From NCBI GenBank assembly GCA_963796685.1, contig CAWCMR010000010.1, positions 1 to 64,000 of the forward strand: a stretch of DNA of 64,000 bases. Direction: 5' to 3'. Positions 15,846 through 25,783 of the stretch are shown here, in pieces. The translations under genes were made by a program, and so were the position numbers. Under the pieces are notes generated by a model. It searched no databases, was not told the DNA's origin, and saw only the letters and a program-made list of their open reading frames with translations. This DNA is from an uncultured delta proteobacterium. Its GTDB lineage: Bacteria; Myxococcota_A; Polyangia; Fen-1088. Every line of letters starts with the position of its first letter. The stretch's first letter is position 1.

Positions 15846-16967
15846 TCAGGCACGCGCGAGGGATGAAGGGGCAGGCGAGGGCTTGCGGGCAAGGTAACGC
15901 GCGATCAGGTAGCCGGCGAGGCCACCGCCGAAGTGGCAGTAGCGGTCGATGTGGGGCAGGAACGAGATGGCGAGGTTGATGAGCAGGATGACGATCAGGC
16001 GCTGGCGCAACCCACGGGCGATGAGGGGTGGAAAAAATCGCTGTCTTCCACTGAGCAGTCCGAACGTGGCACCGACCAGACCCCATACCGCCCCGGACGC
16101 GCCGATGGAAACCCCGCCCATGAACAGGGTGCTGGCGACACCACCCGCTACGGCGGTCACGGCGTAGATCAGCCCCAGGCGAAAGCGGCCGAGCAGCGGC
16201 TCGAGGAAGGTACCCAGGCTGTAGAGCGAGAGCATGTTCACGATGAGGTGGGTCGCACTGCGTGTGTCGTGCAGAAAGGCGTAGGTGAACAGACGCCAGA
16301 GCTCTCCCTGGCGGACGGCGACCGGGTCGTTGCTCAACAGGAGGAACAGCCTCAGCGCGCGCTCGTCGTTGCCGCTGGTGAGCGCGAAGATCAGCACGCA
16401 AATGGCGATGATGGCGACCGTGAGGTGAGGAAAGCGGCGCGTGTTGCCGCGCACGAAGGCCATGGCCTCGTGCCGCTCTTTGCGACCGCGCTCGATGATG
16501 CTTGCCACATCCTCGGGCAACAGCGGATGGGTCTGCGGCAGGTCCCGACCGGCCTTTTCCAGCTCGCGCAGTCGCCGGCCCGCCACCCACTGCACCTTGC
16601 CCTCCCGATCGACTTGGTAAAGGCCGATGTGATCGCGCATGCGGGTTTCCGCGTCCGCGGCTTTCAATATTTCGGGAACGCCCGCGCCTCCGCCCGCGAC
16701 GGCGATGAACAGAAGGCCCTTCTCGTGCGCACCCAGGATGCGATCGAGATGCGCACGTAGCTCGGCCTCGGGAATGCTTTCCAGATCGAGAAGCACCAGA
16801 CCCTTGCCGGTTCCCATCCATTCGAAGACCGCCATGGGCTCGTGGAACGCCACCAAGGTCGCTGGGTTGCGCCCCGCTTTTCCGGCAACATCCGGATCTG
16901 CGAGCGAGACGAGCAATCGATCGCGCACCGATCCGGTTGGCGCGAATGGTTCTGTGGCTGGGGTCAC
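15846..16967 (-). CDS. rhomboid intramembrane serine protease with soluble N-terminal domain
   Basis: WRLFTYAFLH, HLIVNM, GASG, HFGG. Confidence 0.92.
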   Translation of the reverse strand: MTPATEPFAPTGSVRDRLLVSLADPDVAGKAGRNPATLVAFHEPMAVFEWMGTGKGLVLLDLESIPEAELRAHLDRILGAHEKGLLFIAVAGGGAGVPEILKAADAETRMRDHIGLYQVDREGKVQWVAGRRLRELEKAGRDLPQTHPLLPEDVASIIERGRKERHEAMAFVRGNTRRFPHLTVAIIAICVLIFALTSGNDERALRLFLLLSNDPVAVRQGELWRLFTYAFLHDTRSATHLIVNMLSLYSLGTFLEPLLGRFRLGLIYAVTAVAGGVASTLFMGGVSIGASGAVWGLVGATFGLLSGRQRFFPPLIARGLRQRLIVILLINLAISFLPHIDRYCHFGGGLAGYLIARYLARKPSPAPSSLARA

Positions 16968-17502
16968 GGTCCCGTGATTCTAACGGACGAAATCCCCACG
17001 TGCCTACGACGCAGATGTAGGACTAACACTGACAAGGAATCCGCACCTTCGCGTACACGCAAATCAGCAGGCGCGACACTGACCGACCTGCCCGGCATGG
17101 GCTAGGTTTTACGGGTGGAGACGGTACTGGTGGTGGCAGAACATCAGCTCGAAGGCTCGGTCGCCCTCGCGTCAGCGGCCGAGAATGCTTTTGAAGGGCC
17201 GGGACAACGGCCGGTGGGTACTGCTGGCCATGCACCATCCCCCTCCACTCCGATGCGCGTAGGCGCCGACGGACGACCTGCGCACGACCCACTGTTCTTG
17301 TCCCGGCCAACTTTTTCCCGTCCCGCTCTCTCGTTGCACAGGCTTTCCCAGCACCTTCGCAGAATTCTCTCATCATAGTCGCCCCTGCCTTCGCCCCCGT
17401 TTCCGATCTCGATACAAACGGCTCTCTCACAATCTCGCTTGCATAGTGATCGGGAACGGGGGGGAGGCAGGGAAAGACCCCACGAAGGCCCGATGGGAGC
17501 CG

Positions 17503-18501
17503 CTATCGTTTCGGCCGCCGTCGCCGACCCAGCAGCAGGGCCAGCCCGGCGAGCGCGAGCATCCACACGCCCCACAGCACGTGGGTGGTGTACGGGAACC
17601 TGTACTGGGTGGTCGAGTAGGGTCCCCAGTGGGTGGGCATGCGATTGCGCTGTTCCAGGGCCAGCAGATCCATCAGGATGGCCACCGTCGAGTGAATGAG
17701 GAAGCCGGCCCAGATGCTGCCGGTCTTCATGGACAGCGAGCCGAGCACCACGCCGGCGACGATGGCCCCGCAGGCTTCCAGGTAGGGCTTGGGGAAGTGA
17801 ATCATTACGTAGGGAACGACCATGGAGAAGATGGCGCCCACGCCGAGCGCCCGCGCTCCGCGTAGCCAGAAGCCGCGAAAGAAGACCTCCAAGCTGAGGA
17901 ACTGGCCGACGTAGACGATTTCCCACACCCAAAAGTCGATCCACGAGCGGCCGGCGCCGGGGTACATGGGGTAATAGCGGTTGAACTCGGGCATGCGCGA
18001 CACCACGGCCAGGGTCGGGATCACGATGACCAGGCAGAGCAGGTAGATCCAGGCGTGCTCGCGAAAGCCGCGAAAGCGCAGCCCCAAATCGAGCGGGCTT
18101 TCCTTGAAGACGAAGGGCCACACGAGGAGTGGCAGCAGGTAGGCCGCATAGCGGGACAGCCCCCAGTACACGCGCCAGCAGAGATCCCGGTAGGTGCCGA
18201 GGTCGAGCGATCCGGGATGGCTGTTGGCGTAGCTCTGCAGGTAGGGCTCGACGGTGCCGTCGTAGAAGTCGTGCGAGCCGTAGTAGTTGATGAGCAGCAA
18301 GGAGAGTGCGCCGAGGACGAAGGTGACCGGCACGCGGGCGTCGAGACGCGCGTCCTTGCCCCGTGCCTTGCGCGCCGCCGTCGCCTCGGCCTCGAGCTCG
18401 GCCCATGTGCTGCGGAAGAAGCGGACCACGATGGGCGCGATGGCGCCGAGCAACGCCATCGAGATGACGAGCTTGCCCAGGGGACTGCTTAGAATCTCCA
18501 T
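17503..18501 (-). CDS. CPBP (CAAX/Abi) intramembrane glutamic protease
   Basis: EVFFRGF, MIHFPKP, GFLIH. Confidence 0.88.
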   Translation of the reverse strand: MEILSSPLGKLVISMALLGAIAPIVVRFFRSTWAELEAEATAARKARGKDARLDARVPVTFVLGALSLLLINYYGSHDFYDGTVEPYLQSYANSHPGSLDLGTYRDLCWRVYWGLSRYAAYLLPLLVWPFVFKESPLDLGLRFRGFREHAWIYLLCLVIVIPTLAVVSRMPEFNRYYPMYPGAGRSWIDFWVWEIVYVGQFLSLEVFFRGFWLRGARALGVGAIFSMVVPYVMIHFPKPYLEACGAIVAGVVLGSLSMKTGSIWAGFLIHSTVAILMDLLALEQRNRMPTHWGPYSTTQYRFPYTTHVLWGVWMLALAGLALLLGRRRRPKR

Positions 18502-18632
18502 TCCGGATGACACGCTCTAGCACGGATCGGCAAGACTCGGCCATCGGACCCTGGCGCCGCCCTCGACCTCGGACCGTCGACCTGCATCGACGCGTTGACC
18601 GAATTCCGCGGTCGTGGCAGAACCCATCCATC

Positions 18633-18917
18633 ATGGCGGTCTTGAAGTCGATCAAGGATGTCGTTGTCGGCCAGGCGTTCAAGCTGGCGGGCAATCCCAG
18701 GGTATCCAAGCTGGTGAGCGATCCACGCTTGATGAACGCGGCCATGAAGGCCATCAGCGTGGGCGGGTCGGTGAAATCGGGCCTGGACAAGGCGGGTCGC
18801 CTCGCGGCCGGCGCCTTTGGTCTGGCGACCCACGACGAGGTGGTCACCCTGCGCTCGACCATCCAGCACCTGGAAGACCAGGTCATGACCCTCGAAAGCA
18901 AGGCCGCGAAGAGCTAG
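18633..18917 (+). CDS. small hypothetical protein (phasin-like C-terminal coiled coil)
   Basis: GLATHDEVVTLRSTIQHLEDQV; good codon bias. Confidence 0.7.
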   Translation: MAVLKSIKDVVVGQAFKLAGNPRVSKLVSDPRLMNAAMKAISVGGSVKSGLDKAGRLAAGAFGLATHDEVVTLRSTIQHLEDQVMTLESKAAKS

Positions 18918-18934
18918 ACGGGCCTGCCCCCCCG

Positions 18935-20260
18935 CTACGGGCACGCCGGCGCCCAGCCGCTCTGCCCGAGCAGTTGCCCGAAGCAGACGTGGGACTGGCC
19001 CGTCGCCCAGCAGCTTGGCGAGGTCCAGCATTGATCGCGCGTGCTGCCGTCTTCGCAGGCGGCGACGGCGCGCGCCTGGGAGTCGAAGGTGTAGTCGAGG
19101 CGCATCCGCGTCCCCGCCAAGGTGCCCGCGCCGATGATGCCGTCGACCTGTGGGTTGGGCGGCGTGTCCACGTTGATCGAGCGGATGACGACGCTGATTT
19201 CGCTGATGACGGCGACATCGAGCGGGCCGCCCAGCTCCAGGTACGAGTGGGTGGCGACGGCCGTGCCGCCGTTGACGTCGCAGGACTGGAAACAGGCGCC
19301 CGCATTTTGGTTGGCCAGCACCCATTCGATCCGGCGGGCGCGCGCGAGCTCGGTGCAGGGGCCGCTCCAACCGGTGTCGGTGGTGCCCTGGAAGATGGCG
19401 AGCCTGGGTACGGTGAAAAAGTGCGCGGGGGTGGCCGTGCCGGAAAACGGCGTGTACAGATCGCCCGCGGTTCCCGCATCGCTGGCCATGCCCAACTGGG
19501 CGGCGATGCGGCCCCAGGCGGATTGGCTGAGGATGAGCGGTCCCTCACCGGTGCCGACCGCCAGCAAAAGATCCTGCCCGCTGGCCTTGAGCGCGTCTTC
19601 GCCACGGGCGCAGGTTTCGAGGGGCTCGGTGGTGGAGAAGGTGCGCGGTGCCGCGCAGGCCGCCAGGACGATGCGAGAATTGGGCAGCGTCAGCGAGGCT
19701 TCACCATTGCCTTGGGCGGCGCTGGCGCCACCGCGCAGGTTGAAGTCCAGCGGCGCGAAGCCGTTCTGCTCGAGTCGATCGTCGGAGCCCGGGAAAGACG
19801 GCCACAGGGTCATGGTGGCGAGCTGGTCCGCGCTGCGCGGGAAGACGAGACCAACCGAGAAATCGGCGAGCAGCGGTCCGCCCATCACGCCCGCGGGCTG
19901 GGTCGCGGCGTCACCGGTGGGGCCCGGGCAAAGGTCGAAGAGGCCAGTGTTGTCGAACGACGCGCGTAGCGCCGCCGTCCCTGTTCCGTCGCGCAGCTCC
20001 ATGTTGCCGGTGTAGGTCCATCCCGGGGTTCCCCCGCCCGCGCATCCCGCGGGGGCGAGACTGTCGAGCGGGTAGGCCGAATCCACGAGCAGCGGCTGGA
20101 TCCCGGCCGAGGTGGCGACGTTCGCCAGCAGACCGCCCAGGTTGGGTCCTCCGGGGATGACGGGCGCGCGCGCGAGCTGGATGGGCTCGAGGTCGTAGAC
20201 GAACGACTGATCCGAACCGCACGAGGCCAGCAGCAACAAGACGAGTGGATAGCGTCGCAT
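18935..20260 (-). CDS. lipoprotein with degenerate aspartyl-protease-like motifs
   Basis: LASC lipobox; LLVDSA, AVGTG, VDGIIG. Confidence 0.7.
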   Translation of the reverse strand: MRRYPLVLLLLASCGSDQSFVYDLEPIQLARAPVIPGGPNLGGLLANVATSAGIQPLLVDSAYPLDSLAPAGCAGGGTPGWTYTGNMELRDGTGTAALRASFDNTGLFDLCPGPTGDAATQPAGVMGGPLLADFSVGLVFPRSADQLATMTLWPSFPGSDDRLEQNGFAPLDFNLRGGASAAQGNGEASLTLPNSRIVLAACAAPRTFSTTEPLETCARGEDALKASGQDLLLAVGTGEGPLILSQSAWGRIAAQLGMASDAGTAGDLYTPFSGTATPAHFFTVPRLAIFQGTTDTGWSGPCTELARARRIEWVLANQNAGACFQSCDVNGGTAVATHSYLELGGPLDVAVISEISVVIRSINVDTPPNPQVDGIIGAGTLAGTRMRLDYTFDSQARAVAACEDGSTRDQCWTSPSCWATGQSHVCFGQLLGQSGWAPACP

Positions 20261-20264
20261 GGGC

Positions 20265-21746
20265 CTAGAATCCAAAGGTGGTGAGCACCGAGAGGGTTTG
20301 TCGCCACAAGTGATAGGTTCCCGCGGCGCTCGGGCGGGCCTGGCCGTTCATGCGCGCCTGGCAGGCGGGCGTGCCGAGATCGCCACCGGCGCTGGCGCAG
20401 GCCGAGGCGGCCGTGGGATCGAAGACCGAGGCGCCGGTGTCGACGGGGAACATCCAGGTGAAAGCGTACCCCACGCTCATGCGGATCTGGCGCCAGATCC
20501 GCACTTCTGCCGCCAGCGAAGGTTCCAACTCGAGCCCGTCGATGGCGCCCGCGTTGACGTGGCTGGCGGGAACGGCGCTGGTTTCCAGGCGCAGGGTGGC
20601 GCCGACCCGGAACTCCTTGGTTTCGTAGACCGCGCGCCCGCGCAGGTCGAAGCTGTCTTGGAAGCCGCGGTAGAGCACCACGTGGTCGGGGACACTCGAG
20701 CCGAGCACGGTCTGCGCGGCCGGGCCGGCAACGAGGATGGTGATCTTGTCGAGGTCGCCGTAGCGCAGCCAGCGCACGATGCCGGTGGCCGACCAATGCT
20801 TGCTGACCTGCCAGCTGACCCCGAGGTTGTAGATGGAAGGCAGGCGGTAGCTCATGCGGCCGGCGAGGCAGTCGCTGGTCGAGGCCGTCGATGAGGTCGT
20901 GGTCGCAGGGCACAGGCCCGTGCCGCCGGCCAGGTTGGCGGGCAAGCCGATCTGGGTGTTGTCCATGGGCAGGTTGACCGAGCCGCCCGTCCCGAGCGGC
21001 GCGCTGGTGTAGGAAAATCCGAGGTTGAAGCGGCCGTGGTGGTAATGGACGCCCACGGCCAGCAAGTAGGATGGAACGACGATGCCCTTGGTGGCCAGGT
21101 CGTAGCGAGCAGCGGCCGCGGGGTTTTCGCTGCCCAAGGTGGTGCTGCCGAGGGCAGTGTCCTCGTCGAAGACCAGATGGGCCGTGGGAAAGAGCAGGCT
21201 GGGCGCGACCCCGATCTGGATCGAGTCCGAGGCATGGATCGCAAGCCCGATGGCGGTGGCGATGTGGTCGAGCTCCATGCCGACCAGGTGGTAGCGCGCG
21301 GGCTCTTGCCCGTCGGCGGTCGGGGTCATGGTCAGTTTGGTGGAAAACGGCGAATACAGCGCCAACGCGATGCCGAAGCGGTGGCCGACGCCGGCGCCGA
21401 TGCCGAAGAAGCCCGAGGGTCCCGGCGGCCAACGGAAGGGTTGCAGCGTGCCGCTGCCCGAGGCGGTGGGGAACGTCGTGGAGCCGGGGTTGGCGCCGGT
21501 CGTTGGATCGATCGACGTGCGGGCCACGGACACCGAGGTCGACTGCCAGGCCCCGCCGATCATCACCTGCGGGCCTTGCATCAAACCCAGGCCAGCAGGG
21601 TTCCAGTACACCGAGGTCAGATCGCCACCGGTGGGGCCGGAAAAGCCCGTGTCGGCCACGTGGGCGTCGTCGAGCGGCCCGGCCTGGGCGCCGAGCGCGA
21701 CGAGCGAGATGGCCAGGACGGCCAGCAGACGGTGGCGAATGGACAC
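20265..21746 (-). CDS. FadL/OmpP1-like outer membrane transporter
   Basis: Signal peptide; VYWNPAGL motif; beta-strand pattern; terminal Phe. Confidence 0.75.
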   Translation of the reverse strand: MSIRHRLLAVLAISLVALGAQAGPLDDAHVADTGFSGPTGGDLTSVYWNPAGLGLMQGPQVMIGGAWQSTSVSVARTSIDPTTGANPGSTTFPTASGSGTLQPFRWPPGPSGFFGIGAGVGHRFGIALALYSPFSTKLTMTPTADGQEPARYHLVGMELDHIATAIGLAIHASDSIQIGVAPSLLFPTAHLVFDEDTALGSTTLGSENPAAAARYDLATKGIVVPSYLLAVGVHYHHGRFNLGFSYTSAPLGTGGSVNLPMDNTQIGLPANLAGGTGLCPATTTSSTASTSDCLAGRMSYRLPSIYNLGVSWQVSKHWSATGIVRWLRYGDLDKITILVAGPAAQTVLGSSVPDHVVLYRGFQDSFDLRGRAVYETKEFRVGATLRLETSAVPASHVNAGAIDGLELEPSLAAEVRIWRQIRMSVGYAFTWMFPVDTGASVFDPTAASACASAGGDLGTPACQARMNGQARPSAAGTYHLWRQTLSVLTTFGF

Positions 21747-21882
21747 GGGAGCCCGCCAACAGTATCGCGACCGCCGGCTTCCGTCGACCGTTCTCGACCG
21801 GCTTGCGACGGGGTCGCTTCGGGCGGCGGATTCCGTTCGTTGGAGGTTGAATCTGCTGGCTCGCCGGGGCTTTACTTCCACC

Positions 21883-24402
21883 ATGTCGCCAACGATCGCG
21901 CCCAAGACGTGCATCTTCACCATCGCCGCGAAGAACTACATGCATTTCGTCCGCACGCTCATGGACAGCGTGGCGACCTTTGCGCCGGACGCGGATCGCT
22001 TCTTGGCGCTGTGCGATGAGCCGGACGGCTCCGAATCGGCCGGCGATGCGTTTCGTGTCATTTCACTTCGCGAGCTCCCGATCCCGGAGCTCGATCGCTT
22101 CGTCTTTCAATACACGCTCTTGGAGATCAGCACGGCCATCAAGCCTTTCGTGATCGAAAAGCTGCTCACCCAGTATGGCTACGACCAGGTCCTCTACTTC
22201 GATCCGGACATCCGCATCTACCGAGCGCTCGACGACATGATGGGGCTGCTGGGAAAGCACACGGTGTTGCTGACGCCGCATCTGACCGAACCCACGAACG
22301 ACGACAAGCGCCCGAGCGAGCGAGATATCTTGCAATGCGGTGTGCACAACCTCGGCTACTTGGGGGTGCGACGGACGCCAGGGGCCGAGCGGCTGGTGAA
22401 GTGGTGGCAGAAGCGGCTTCTCCGCGACTGCGTCGTGGATTTCGAGAGAGGCTTGTTCGTAGATCAAAAGTGGATGGACCTGGCCCCCATGCTCTGCGAG
22501 GGGGCTCACGTGAGCCGGGATCCAGGCTGGAACGTCGCCTACTGGAACTTGCACGGACGCCGGGTAGACAAGACCGCCGCGGGCTACACGGTCGACGGGG
22601 CGCCGCTAACCTTCTACCATTTCTCGGGGTTCGACCCCGACCTCGGCGTGTTCAGCAAGCACCAGGATCGGTTCACCATGAGCAGTGTGGCACCGGCGGT
22701 GCGCGAGCTGTGCGCGGACTACGCCGTCGAGCTGAAAAAGCACGGCTATCCGGGCAACAAGGCAACGCCGTATGCCCATGCAAAGTTCCCGGACGGAACC
22801 CCGATCCCCAGCGCGGCGCGGAAGCTGTACCGCGAGAATCGCGACGCCTTCGCATCCGATTGGGTCAAATTCCAGAAGTGGCTGAATGAGCCGGCCGAAT
22901 CGGAGGGTCGCTCTTCGCCCCTGGTCACCCGCCTGGCGTACGAGGTCTATCACACACCGATGGACATCGGGCTCAAGCGGCAGTTTCCCGATGTCCTCGG
23001 GACGCATGCACGGGGATACGCGGAGTGGTTCGTCGCCAGCGCCGGCGAGCTGGCCGGTGTCCCGGAGTATTTCCTGGCGCCGGTGCGCGCCGCGCTGGCA
23101 CCGTCTGAAGACGAAGGCGAGAGCCCGCCCTCGGGGGCCTTTGCCAAGTCACTCTACCAATTCGCCTGGCGGTGGAAGGATCTCACGCACGCGTTCTTGC
23201 CGCTGCAGACGCGGCAGAAGATCCACGGCTGGCTTTTCAGGCAGGCCTACGTCAAGGCCGAGCCGGCCGCCAGCGGGACGTCCCCCGGACATGCGAGGTT
23301 TCCCAAGGGGCTGAACGTCGTCGGGTATCTCCACGCCGAGCTCGGCGTCGGCGAGGCCGCGCGTTCGATCGTGCGCGCCGCGACTGCCGCCCGCGTGCCA
23401 TTGTCCCTCATCGACTATCGCAAGGGCGTGCACTCGCGCATGAACGAGCAGGTGGATGAAGCACTTGAGCGCGGGCAGAGGTACTCCGTCAACCTGCTGC
23501 ACGTGAACGCCGATCAGGTGCCGTTCGCCGTTGCGGAGCTGAAGCCGAAGTTCTTCGAGGGACGGTACAACGTCGGTTGCTGGAGCTGGGAGCTTCCCGA
23601 CCTTCCCGACGAGCAACTCAAGGCGTTCGATTTTCTCGACGAGGTCTGGACGCCGTCGACCTTCTGCTTGGATGCCTTCACGAAGAAGGCGCGCAAGCCC
23701 GTGGTTCGCATTCCGCACTGCATCGACCTCGAGGTGCCGCCCGGTGTCGGGCGCGCGGAGCTCGGGCTGCCGAGCGAAGGTTTTCTGTTCCTCTTCATGT
23801 TCGATGCGCTCAGCGTGCTCGAGCGGAAGAATCCTTCCGCTCTGATCGAAGCGTTCCTGCGTGCGAAGTCCTCGCTGCCGAAAGGCACGCGTTTGGTTCT
23901 GAAGGTCATCAACGTGGACAAGGTTCCTCGGGACCACCAGGAGGTCTTGCGAATCGCGGAGCGCGATCCGTCCATCATTCTCGTGTCTCGTTACCTCGGC
24001 CGACCCGAAACCAACGCGCTGGGCAGTGCGGTCGATTGCTACGTTTCGCTCCACCGATCGGAGGGTTTCGGGCTGACGCTCGCGGAATCCATGTTTCTCG
24101 GCAAGCCCGTGATCGCCACGGGATGGTCGGCGAACATGGATTTCATGACCCCGTGGAATTCCATGCCTGTGAAGTACAAGCTGGTGACGCTCGACGCGGA
24201 CTACGGTCCCTACAGAAAGGGTAATACGTGGGCCGAGCCCGATGTCGACCACGCCGCCGAATGCATGGTGCGAGTGGCGGCCGACCGGGAGCTCTGTCGC
24301 AGCCTCGCCGAAGCCGGCCGGGCCGACATCCGCAGGAGCTTCTCGCCCGCGGCCGTGGGCGAGGCGATTCGCCGACGCTTGTCGGCCATTCGCCAAGCCT
24401 AG
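21883..24402 (+). CDS. multidomain glycosyltransferase (GT-A N-terminal domain plus GT4 C-terminal domain)
   Basis: LYFDPD, DQKWMDL, NVAYWNL; RKNP, SLHRSEGFGL..AE. Confidence 0.9.
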   Translation: MSPTIAPKTCIFTIAAKNYMHFVRTLMDSVATFAPDADRFLALCDEPDGSESAGDAFRVISLRELPIPELDRFVFQYTLLEISTAIKPFVIEKLLTQYGYDQVLYFDPDIRIYRALDDMMGLLGKHTVLLTPHLTEPTNDDKRPSERDILQCGVHNLGYLGVRRTPGAERLVKWWQKRLLRDCVVDFERGLFVDQKWMDLAPMLCEGAHVSRDPGWNVAYWNLHGRRVDKTAAGYTVDGAPLTFYHFSGFDPDLGVFSKHQDRFTMSSVAPAVRELCADYAVELKKHGYPGNKATPYAHAKFPDGTPIPSAARKLYRENRDAFASDWVKFQKWLNEPAESEGRSSPLVTRLAYEVYHTPMDIGLKRQFPDVLGTHARGYAEWFVASAGELAGVPEYFLAPVRAALAPSEDEGESPPSGAFAKSLYQFAWRWKDLTHAFLPLQTRQKIHGWLFRQAYVKAEPAASGTSPGHARFPKGLNVVGYLHAELGVGEAARSIVRAATAARVPLSLIDYRKGVHSRMNEQVDEALERGQRYSVNLLHVNADQVPFAVAELKPKFFEGRYNVGCWSWELPDLPDEQLKAFDFLDEVWTPSTFCLDAFTKKARKPVVRIPHCIDLEVPPGVGRAELGLPSEGFLFLFMFDALSVLERKNPSALIEAFLRAKSSLPKGTRLVLKVINVDKVPRDHQEVLRIAERDPSIILVSRYLGRPETNALGSAVDCYVSLHRSEGFGLTLAESMFLGKPVIATGWSANMDFMTPWNSMPVKYKLVTLDADYGPYRKGNTWAEPDVDHAAECMVRVAADRELCRSLAEAGRADIRRSFSPAAVGEAIRRRLSAIRQA

Positions 24403-24632
24403 CCCGCATTATTCACCACGATAGGATTACCGGCGGAAATGCCCCAATAGACCGTTCCCAGCACATCAAAGCGTGGCGGGCTAGCTCGATTGTCATGGGA
24501 GCCCTGGGAGGGTTCCCAAACCCTCCCGCGACGCTTCGCTGCCGGCAAAGCCAGCGAAGCGTAGGCTCCGCACGCGTTTGCTAGCCCGCACGGGATATCG
24601 TGCTGGCGGGACTCGTGAATAGTGCGGGCTAG
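24399..24632 (+). mobile_element. MITE-like element
   Basis: 18-bp terminal IR CTAGCCCGCA(T/C)TATTCAC; internal hairpins; no credible ORF. Confidence 0.65.
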
Positions 24633-24641
24633 CGCTTCCAA

Positions 24642-25604
24642 CTAGCGACGGTCCAGCTCGTGGCGCACAAGCGCCGCGGCCACGTCGGGCATGTGCATCT
24701 TGGCTTGCCAGCCAATGGTTTCCCGGGCCGCCGAAGGATCTCCCGCGCTCACTTTGATTTCAGAGGGCCGGAAGAAGGCCGGATCCGATTCCACATGGTT
24801 CTTCTCGTCCAGGCCAGCGCTTCTGAAGCAGGCGGCGACGAACTCCGCGAGGGTCGACGACGTTCCCGTGGCCAGGATGAGGTCGCGCGGTTCGCTGGCC
24901 TGCAACATCAGGTGGAAGCCCTCGACGTATTCCGGCGCCCAGCCCCAATCCCGCTTGATCGAGAGATCGCCGACCTTGAGCACTGGCGGGCCGCCTTGGA
25001 CCAACTTGGCCACGAAGGCCGCCACTTTCCTGGTCACGAATCGCTCGGGCCTGAGAGGGGATTCGTGGTTGAAGGTGATTCCCGAACAGGCGAAGAGGCC
25101 ATAGGAAGCCCGGTACACGGAGACGAGGTGCATGCTGGCCGCCTTGGCAGCTCCGTACGGGCTCCGGGGTGAGAAAGGGGTGTGCTCGGTCGCCGGCACG
25201 AGCGTGTTGCCGAAGCATTCGCTCGAGCCGGTGTTGAAAAAACGGGCCTCGGGGGCGTGCGAGCGAACCGCCTCGAGCAGAGCCAACGTTCCGCGCGTCA
25301 CGCTCTCCACCGTCTCGTAGGGCGATTGGAAGGACGAACCGACGGAGGACTGACCCGCGAGGTTATAGATCTCGTGGGGTCGCACCTCCTCCATAAGAGC
25401 GGCAACCGCAGTCGGGTTGCAGGTATCCAGCGTTACCAGTTTGATGCGTTCCAGTATGCCGGCGATGGCCAGGCGGGAGACGGGCTCGTTGTCAAGCCGT
25501 CGTGTCGAGCCGATCAGTCGGTACCCGAGCGCCAGCAGGTGTCGTGCCAGGAAGACGCCATCCTGTCCGGAAACGCCGACTATCAACGCAGTACGCATGG
25601 TCAT
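24642..25604 (-). CDS. gmd: GDP-mannose 4,6-dehydratase
   Basis: GVSGQDG, YNLAGQSSV, SPYGAAK, FNHESP, RDWGWA. Confidence 0.9.
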   Translation of the reverse strand: MTMRTALIVGVSGQDGVFLARHLLALGYRLIGSTRRLDNEPVSRLAIAGILERIKLVTLDTCNPTAVAALMEEVRPHEIYNLAGQSSVGSSFQSPYETVESVTRGTLALLEAVRSHAPEARFFNTGSSECFGNTLVPATEHTPFSPRSPYGAAKAASMHLVSVYRASYGLFACSGITFNHESPLRPERFVTRKVAAFVAKLVQGGPPVLKVGDLSIKRDWGWAPEYVEGFHLMLQASEPRDLILATGTSSTLAEFVAACFRSAGLDEKNHVESDPAFFRPSEIKVSAGDPSAARETIGWQAKMHMPDVAAALVRHELDRR

Positions 25605-25783
25605 GAATTGGCTCCGTGCGTGCTCTCGCTCGGATCCCCGCCGAAACCCCCTTATGCCGCTTTCCCTGACCTAGGGGCAAGGATATATTTCCGGCGGCGC
25701 GATCCAACTGACGAGCGGAGCCGGCAGCCAAGATCCATCCCGCCTTGGTTGAATCGACAACCCGAGACCAACCGCCTAGACAC

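Noticed and set aside
21328-21882. N-terminal extension of the 1024-aa GT ORF
   Set aside because: Overlaps the divergent FadL-like gene; the plausible start is ATG 21883
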